The notes beneath the pieces were generated by a model. That model was not told where the DNA came from. It saw only the letters and a program-made list of their open reading frames with translations, and made no database searches. A stretch of 32,990 nucleotides of DNA, taken from positions 1 to 32,990 of the forward strand of contig JBLIOK010000002.1 in the NCBI GenBank assembly GCA_047639735.1, written 5' to 3'. Both the position numbers and the translations under genes were made by a program. Shown piece after piece: positions 28,289 through 32,990 of the stretch. How positions within the stretch are numbered: position 1 is the stretch's first letter; the number at the start of each line of letters is the position of its first letter. This DNA is from Candidatus Krumholzibacteriia bacterium. GTDB taxonomy: Bacteria; Krumholzibacteriota; Krumholzibacteriia; LZORAL124-64-63.

Positions 28289-28304
28289 TGGCACACATGT
28301 TGCG
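28289..28304 (+). promoter_or_regulatory. Sigma-54 (-24/-12) promoter P3 upstream of pilMNOPQ
   Basis: TGGCAC-ACATG-TTGCG with exact GG-N10-GC spacing. Located in the 214-nt pilD-pilM gap, 70 nt upstream of ATG 28374. Confidence 0.75.
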
Positions 28305-28373
28305 AAACGTTATGCGAGATATCCGATAGAGGTGGATATCCATTTGTACGCACGAACTTCAAGGTAGGCTGGC

Positions 28374-29555
28374 ATGTTCGGATTCCTGAAACGGAAACAG
28401 AAATCACTGATCGGCATGGATATCGGTTCCAATGTTGTGAAGTGTCTGCGGCTCGACTTGACTGAAAAGCGTCCCGTGGTGACCCATTTTGCCATGGCGG
28501 ATTTACCGCCTGAAGCAATTGTTGATGGGGAAATCATGGATCGTGAATTGGTCATCGAAGCTATCCAAGAGGCGGCTGAAAAAGCCGGCATCCCCGACGA
28601 ACCCGTAGCCAGCGCTGTCGCCGGTCGTGCGGTTATCGTTAAAAAAATCGTAATGGACAAAATGAGCGAGGCTGACGCTCGTGAAGCCATCTATTGGGAG
28701 GCGGAACAACACGTTCCCTTCGACATTGATGACATCACACTCGATTTCCAAATTCTACAAGAAGATATTGGCGCCGATCAGATGGAATTGCTGTTGGTGG
28801 CGGCGAAGAAGGATATGATCCTTAGTCACGCTGAACTGATCCGCGATGCGGGTTTCCAGCCATTTGTTATCGACGTTGCCTCATTCGCCAACCAGAATAC
28901 CTGGGAATTCCTTTCGCAGATGAAAGCAGAGGAAGCTGGCGGTATTGATTTCGCGGAGCCTGAAGTCGGCGAAGATGATTCGGTCGACGATCTCGCTCCG
29001 TTTTCTGATGAAGACGACGAAGCGACCGCCGAGGCGGAAGATCGCGCTGGTGAGTTTGTCGCTCTGCTAGACATTGGCGGCGGCGTGACCAACGTGCACA
29101 TTGTGCGCGACGGCACACCTTACTTCACACGCGATCTGCCCGTGGGTGTTTCGCACTTCATTGAAGAATTCCAAAAACAACTCGGCTTGACCTACGACAC
29201 AGCCCATGAGGTTGCCCGTGGTCACCTGGACGATGTCGACCAACAACTGGTCACTGATATCGTCCGTTCGGTCGGTAGTGAAATCTACCAAGGACTCGAA
29301 CCGAGCTTGTCTTACTTAAAAACTTCCGGCGAATCAGATGGCATCGACCGCATCTTCGTAAGTGGCGGCGGCGCACATCTGCCAGGTTTGTTGGAGTACT
29401 TGTCCGAATGTTACAGCGTGCCCAGTGAAAAGGCCGACCCATTGGCCGGACTGGACTATGACCCAGATCTCTTCGGCGACGAAGACCCTAATGAATTAAG
29501 CCCGCTGCTCACCGTGAGTGTTGGTTTAGCTCTCAGAGAGGCGGTAGGCAAATGA
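28374..29555 (+). CDS. pilM: Type IV pilus assembly protein PilM (actin-like ATPase fold)
   Basis: N-terminus MFGFLKRKQKSLIGMDIGSNVVKCL, later LLDIGGGVTNVHIV and IFVSGGGAHLPGL, the phosphate-binding motifs of PilM/FtsA-like proteins. Contains an acidic insertion of about 45 aa. Confidence 0.9.
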   Translation: MFGFLKRKQKSLIGMDIGSNVVKCLRLDLTEKRPVVTHFAMADLPPEAIVDGEIMDRELVIEAIQEAAEKAGIPDEPVASAVAGRAVIVKKIVMDKMSEADAREAIYWEAEQHVPFDIDDITLDFQILQEDIGADQMELLLVAAKKDMILSHAELIRDAGFQPFVIDVASFANQNTWEFLSQMKAEEAGGIDFAEPEVGEDDSVDDLAPFSDEDDEATAEAEDRAGEFVALLDIGGGVTNVHIVRDGTPYFTRDLPVGVSHFIEEFQKQLGLTYDTAHEVARGHLDDVDQQLVTDIVRSVGSEIYQGLEPSLSYLKTSGESDGIDRIFVSGGGAHLPGLLEYLSECYSVPSEKADPLAGLDYDPDLFGDEDPNELSPLLTVSVGLALREAVGK

Positions 29556-30130
29556 TACGCATTAATCTTCTGCCTCGGGACGAAATGCCAGCACCTAGCC
29601 GAATGGCGATGTTGAATGTTGGCGCCTTTGCTCCGTTGGTATTGATTTTGGTTGCTGTGGCGGCAATCGCTGGGGCTCACTGGACCCAAAGCCAGGAAAT
29701 GGCAGCCTTGGAAGCGACGATCGCTGAAGAGGAAGCTGAAACGCGTCGGTTGGCGCCTGAGATCGCTAAGATCAAACGGCTTAACCAACAACGCAAAGAA
29801 CTCAATGACCGTTTGGATGTCATCACGCGCTTGGACGGAGATCGTTACTTCCGCGTGCATCTGATGGATGAGTTGAACCGCAGCATGCCTAACCATTTGT
29901 GGCTGACGCGGGTTGAGGACACGGGCGCCGATCGTTATACGGTCGAAGGCGTGACCTTCTCCAACTTTCTGGTCAGTGATTTTCTGCAAAACGTCACCAA
30001 TAGCCCTTACTTCTCCGCCGTTGATCTGATGGTTGCTGAGAAGGGTGAGATTGATGACGTGAGTGTGATCATGTTCAAGGCTCAAGCCAAGGCAGTGCGC
30101 AAATCGGCGCCCGCCCCATTCGAAGGATAA
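29552..30130 (+). CDS. pilN: Type IV pilus assembly protein PilN
   Basis: Canonical N-terminus MIRINLLPRDE, the PilM-binding INLLP motif. Single TM and a coiled-coil segment. ATGA overlap with the pilM stop. Confidence 0.88.
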   Translation: MIRINLLPRDEMPAPSRMAMLNVGAFAPLVLILVAVAAIAGAHWTQSQEMAALEATIAEEEAETRRLAPEIAKIKRLNQQRKELNDRLDVITRLDGDRYFRVHLMDELNRSMPNHLWLTRVEDTGADRYTVEGVTFSNFLVSDFLQNVTNSPYFSAVDLMVAEKGEIDDVSVIMFKAQAKAVRKSAPAPFEG

Positions 30131-30142
30131 GGAGGGATCGTA

Positions 30143-30820
30143 ATGAATATTAATGTCAAAGATCCAAAATTCCTGCGCTGGGTTGGTGCTGTGTTGTTAG
30201 TGGCGGTGGTGGTCCCGATGTATTTCATGTCGGACTCCTACTCAATCACTTACAAGTCGCGCACCAAAGTCATTGTGGAATTGGATGCTCACCATCAAAA
30301 GTTGGCTGGAGACCTGGAACGCGCGCGTTTGCTGGTCCGCAACTTGGAACGTGTCGAGCAAGAGTACGCCATCTTGTCGGACCAATGGGAAGTGGCACAA
30401 ACGCTGCTGCCCGAAGAAAATGAAATGCCAGACTTGTTGCGCAAGGTCACTGCGGCCGGCCAACAATCGGGTGTAGATTTTGAATTGTTCCGTCCACAGG
30501 CAGCGGTCAATCAGGGTTTCTACTCTGACAATCCCATCGAAGTTCGCGTCGCTAGTGGTTACCACCAAGCGGGTGTCTTCCTTAGCCGCCTGGCCAATTT
30601 GAATCGCATTGTGAATGTGTCTGACTTGCGCATGGAAGGCGTTGTCGACCAGAGCGAGTCACCTCACACCATTGTGATGGCCATGACGCTGACAGCATAC
30701 ACGCAAGGTTCGGCGAACGCGCCAGCACCGGCGACGAATGCTGACGGCACACCTAATACACTTTCTGCGGACAACGGTGGCGTCCAAATGAAAACAGCCC
30801 AGGCTAACGCCTCGCATTAA
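30143..30820 (+). CDS. pilO: Type IV pilus assembly protein PilO
   Basis: AAGGAGG lies upstream. Single TM WVGAVLLVAVVVPMYF. PilO-like LLPEENEMPDLLRKVTAAGQQSGVDFELFRP...PIEVRVASGYHQAGVFLSRLANLNRIVNV. Confidence 0.85.
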   Translation: MNINVKDPKFLRWVGAVLLVAVVVPMYFMSDSYSITYKSRTKVIVELDAHHQKLAGDLERARLLVRNLERVEQEYAILSDQWEVAQTLLPEENEMPDLLRKVTAAGQQSGVDFELFRPQAAVNQGFYSDNPIEVRVASGYHQAGVFLSRLANLNRIVNVSDLRMEGVVDQSESPHTIVMAMTLTAYTQGSANAPAPATNADGTPNTLSADNGGVQMKTAQANASH

Positions 30821-30832
30821 GGAGCGACGATC

Positions 30833-31318
30833 ATGAATACGACAATCAAAAAAGTTTCTGTCGCAGCGACCTTGATCGCATTGGCGGGACTGCTGCTGGC
30901 GACTCCGGTACTCGCCGAGGATGCGGTTCCAGAAACGTCAAAGAGCACAGATTCGGTGTCTCCATCCCAGATTTCTCGGGATCGGATCAACGCCATCCGT
31001 GCAAATGAATTCTTCTACCAAAGCTTTGGCAATGAGGATCCTTTTGGAGCCTTGGTCAATGGTGATTTCGAGCAAGCTTCGGCTGCCGAATTGGTAGACA
31101 TGAACAGCGCTCACTTGGTGGGTGTTATGTGGGCCCAGGACGACAAGTTCGCCTTGGTCGAAGATGGAGAAGGTTTCGGTTATATCCTGCGTGTAGGCGA
31201 TCGCATTCGTAATGGACGCGTCGTCAGCATTCGTAAAGCATCACTAACTGCGCGGGTCACTCTGTACGGAATCACTAATAAAGTGGTTCTCAAGTTGGAA
31301 AAAACGGAGGCTAAGTAA
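30833..31318 (+). CDS. pilP: Type IV pilus assembly protein PilP-like
   Basis: AAGGAG lies upstream. Signal peptide VAATLIALAGLLLATPVLA|ED with no lipobox Cys. C-terminal beta-domain pattern LVGVMWAQDDKFALVEDGEGFGYILRVGDRIRNGRVVSI. Sits between pilO and pilQ. Confidence 0.75.
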   Translation: MNTTIKKVSVAATLIALAGLLLATPVLAEDAVPETSKSTDSVSPSQISRDRINAIRANEFFYQSFGNEDPFGALVNGDFEQASAAELVDMNSAHLVGVMWAQDDKFALVEDGEGFGYILRVGDRIRNGRVVSIRKASLTARVTLYGITNKVVLKLEKTEAK

Positions 31319-32697
31319 TGAACGGCAAGACCCGCTTCACGGTAAACGGATTGATTATCATTTTGGTGATGGTTACATCCGTGGCTGCTGTGGCACAAGA
31401 CAATGCAATCGCTGAAGATTCCGCTACCGAGGCTGCGGCCCCGGTTGCTGAGTCAAAATATATGGGACGGCCCATCTCTCTCGATGTCCAAGACGCTGAA
31501 ATCGGAACCGTTTTGCGGTCCCTGTCTAGCTTCTCGGGCGTTAACATCGTCGCTTCCCCCCGCGTGGTGGGAAAAGTTACGGTGAAACTTGAGGAAGTGC
31601 CTTGGGAAGAAGCATTGGCCGTGATTTTGCGCGCCCACAGCTTCGACTTCATTGAAGAACAAGGTATATATCGTGTCGACACTGCTGAAGAATTGCGTGA
31701 CGAAGAACTGTCAGAGCAACGGGCCCGCAAACAAGTTGAAGACCTTGAAGTCTTGAACTTGGGTATGGCCAAGTTAGAATACGCCAACGCTGAAGAAGTG
31801 AAGAACGCCTTGGAAAAAATGTTAACCGATCGTGGTAACATTGACGTCGACGTTCGCACCAACAGCCTCTTGGTTAATGACATCGCAGCGCGCGTGGCAT
31901 TGATCACCGATATGGCTTTCCAATTGGATACGCAAACACCACAGGTCGAGATCAACGCTCGCTTGGTGGACATTGATACTCGCGCTACGCGTGAGTTGGG
32001 TATCAACTGGGGAGCGGGCAACGTTTCGATTCCTGGTTCGAACATCAATGGCAGTCTGGATATCAGTAACCCAGTTCAAAATCCAGCTGGTGACTTGCGA
32101 ATCGGTACGGTGCAAGACTGGGGTACTTTGATGCTGCAGGTCGAGGCCCTGGAGAACGACCAGAAGGCTCATCTGATCAGTAATCCAGTAATCACCACCA
32201 CGGACAACCGTGAAGCCAGTATCTTGGTTGGTCAAAAGATTCCTTTGATTGTCGCCGATGAAGCTGGTAATGCCATTACTCAGTTGACGACAATCGGTAT
32301 CTTGCTGAAAGTCACGCCGCATATCAACACTGACAATCGCATCACGCTTGACGTGCACAACGAAGTCAGTGATCTCTCCAGTCAGGCAACTGTGCAGGGT
32401 GGTGTGATCATCAACACCAGTGAGTCCGATACTCGGGTTCTGGTGGACAGTGGTGACACGGCAATCATCGCGGGCTTGATCCGTAAGGTCGACAGCAAAC
32501 TCGACAGTGGTATTCCCATCTTGATGGATATTCCGCTGATTGGTTCGTTGTTCAGGCACAGCTCTGATACGGTTGTGAGCCGTGAACTGGTTATCTTCGT
32601 AACACCTACCATCGTTGAAGATGGCTACCTCGAACGTGATACCATGTTTGAGAACGGTGAAGTGACTTACGAGCCCGAAAAACTGAGCCGCTTCTAA
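31318..32697 (+). CDS. pilQ: Type IV pilus secretin PilQ (short form, no obvious AMIN domains)
   Basis: GGAGG lies upstream. ATG overlaps the pilP TAA (TAATG). Signal peptide, then N0-like ISLDVQDAEIGTVLRSLSSFSGVNIVASPRV and secretin-domain motifs VEINARLVDI, LISNPVITTTDNREASILVGQKIP, GIPILMDIPLIGSLFR, ELVIFVTPTIV. Confidence 0.9.
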   Translation: MNGKTRFTVNGLIIILVMVTSVAAVAQDNAIAEDSATEAAAPVAESKYMGRPISLDVQDAEIGTVLRSLSSFSGVNIVASPRVVGKVTVKLEEVPWEEALAVILRAHSFDFIEEQGIYRVDTAEELRDEELSEQRARKQVEDLEVLNLGMAKLEYANAEEVKNALEKMLTDRGNIDVDVRTNSLLVNDIAARVALITDMAFQLDTQTPQVEINARLVDIDTRATRELGINWGAGNVSIPGSNINGSLDISNPVQNPAGDLRIGTVQDWGTLMLQVEALENDQKAHLISNPVITTTDNREASILVGQKIPLIVADEAGNAITQLTTIGILLKVTPHINTDNRITLDVHNEVSDLSSQATVQGGVIINTSESDTRVLVDSGDTAIIAGLIRKVDSKLDSGIPILMDIPLIGSLFRHSSDTVVSRELVIFVTPTIVEDGYLERDTMFENGEVTYEPEKLSRF

Positions 32698-32723
32698 GCA
32701 AACTTAGTATTTGGGATTGAATT

Positions 32724-32762
32724 CGACCTCCTGGGGATTGTACCTCAGGAGGTCGTGTATTA
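32724..32762 (+). terminator. Candidate intrinsic terminator after pilQ
   Basis: 13-bp stem CGACCTCCTGGGG/CCTCAGGAGGTCG (one G-U pair) with loop ATTGTA, followed by TGTATTA. The U-tract is weak, so termination is probably partial. Confidence 0.55.
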
Positions 32763-32772
32763 TGATAACCCT

Positions 32773-32990
32773 ATGTGGACATCATTTATCGGATTTATGG
32801 CCAGTGGCAAGACGGGTGTTGCCCGTCGTTTGACCACGGTAAGCAATCGACCGGCAGTTTTTCTGGATCAGATGATCACAGAGAAGGCCGGTATTTCTGT
32901 TTCGGAATTCTTTGCTGTCCATGGTGAAGCTGCCTTCCGGGTCTTAGAGGCTGAAACAGTGGCTTCTTTGGACCCTGAGCGCCCTTTGGT
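32773..32990 (+). CDS. aroK: Shikimate kinase, N-terminal fragment (runs off the window)
   Basis: My own translation from ATG 32773: MWTSFIGFMASGKTGVARRLTTVSNRPAVFLDQMITEKAGISVSEFFAVHGEAAFRVLEAE... Contains the Walker A GFMxSGKT and GExxFRxxE patterns of AroK. This ORF is not in the supplied track. Confidence 0.85.
   Translation, partial: MWTSFIGFMASGKTGVARRLTTVSNRPAVFLDQMITEKAGISVSEFFAVHGEAAFRVLEAETVASLDPERPL

Noticed and set aside
30393-30407. Sigma-54-like match TGGCAC-AAACG-CTGC inside pilO
   Set aside because: It is intragenic and about 430 nt from the next start codon (pilP), with pilO-P-Q tightly packed behind RBSs. It is most likely a chance match, though an internal promoter cannot be excluded without 5'-end mapping.

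Overview
All supportable genes in this 33-kb window lie on the + strand. It looks like a chromosomal segment from a diderm bacterium, moderately GC-rich by eye, with frequent AGGAGG-type ribosome-binding sites. I saw no rRNA, tRNA, CRISPR array, transposase or integrase. The left third holds envelope and housekeeping genes: the tail of an outer-membrane barrel, an Omp85/BamA-family protein, ligA, a DinG-type Fe-S helicase, hutH-hutI, and a TPR protein with a long acidic linker. Next comes an unusual ORF in which a polytopic membrane domain is fused in frame to a TonB-dependent-receptor-like plug and barrel, with an internal signal peptide at the junction. The rest (about 14.8-32.7 kb) is a contiguous type IVa pilus supercluster: comEA-like, pilB, pilT, pilC, pilS, pilR, three tandem pilin genes, an ABC ATPase, an ABC-2 permease, a membrane-anchored TPR-like protein, pilD, pilM, pilN, pilO, pilP, pilQ, then the start of aroK. 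This order closely mirrors the Myxococcus xanthus pil locus (pilB-T-C-S-R-A-G-H-I-D-M-N-O-P-Q). The middle pilin gene has lost the prepilin cleavage motif. Points worth a second look: (1) three near-consensus sigma-54 -24/-12 promoters sit in the three intergenic gaps that head the pilin, ABC/pilD and pilMNOPQ units, beside a sigma-54 activator (pilR), and share a GGCAAG(C)GGC-type upstream motif; (2) the pilin triplet has an intrinsic terminator after the first pilin and a degenerate, non-cleavable pilin paralogue in the middle; (3) the polytopic-membrane/TonB-receptor-like fusion; (4) a PilGHI-like ABC module apparently co-transcribed with pilD; (5) a tandem MshEN-like c-di-GMP motif in PilB; (6) acidic low-complexity insertions in PilM, PilR and the TPR protein. 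All functional calls come from motifs read by eye in the supplied translations. No database search was possible.
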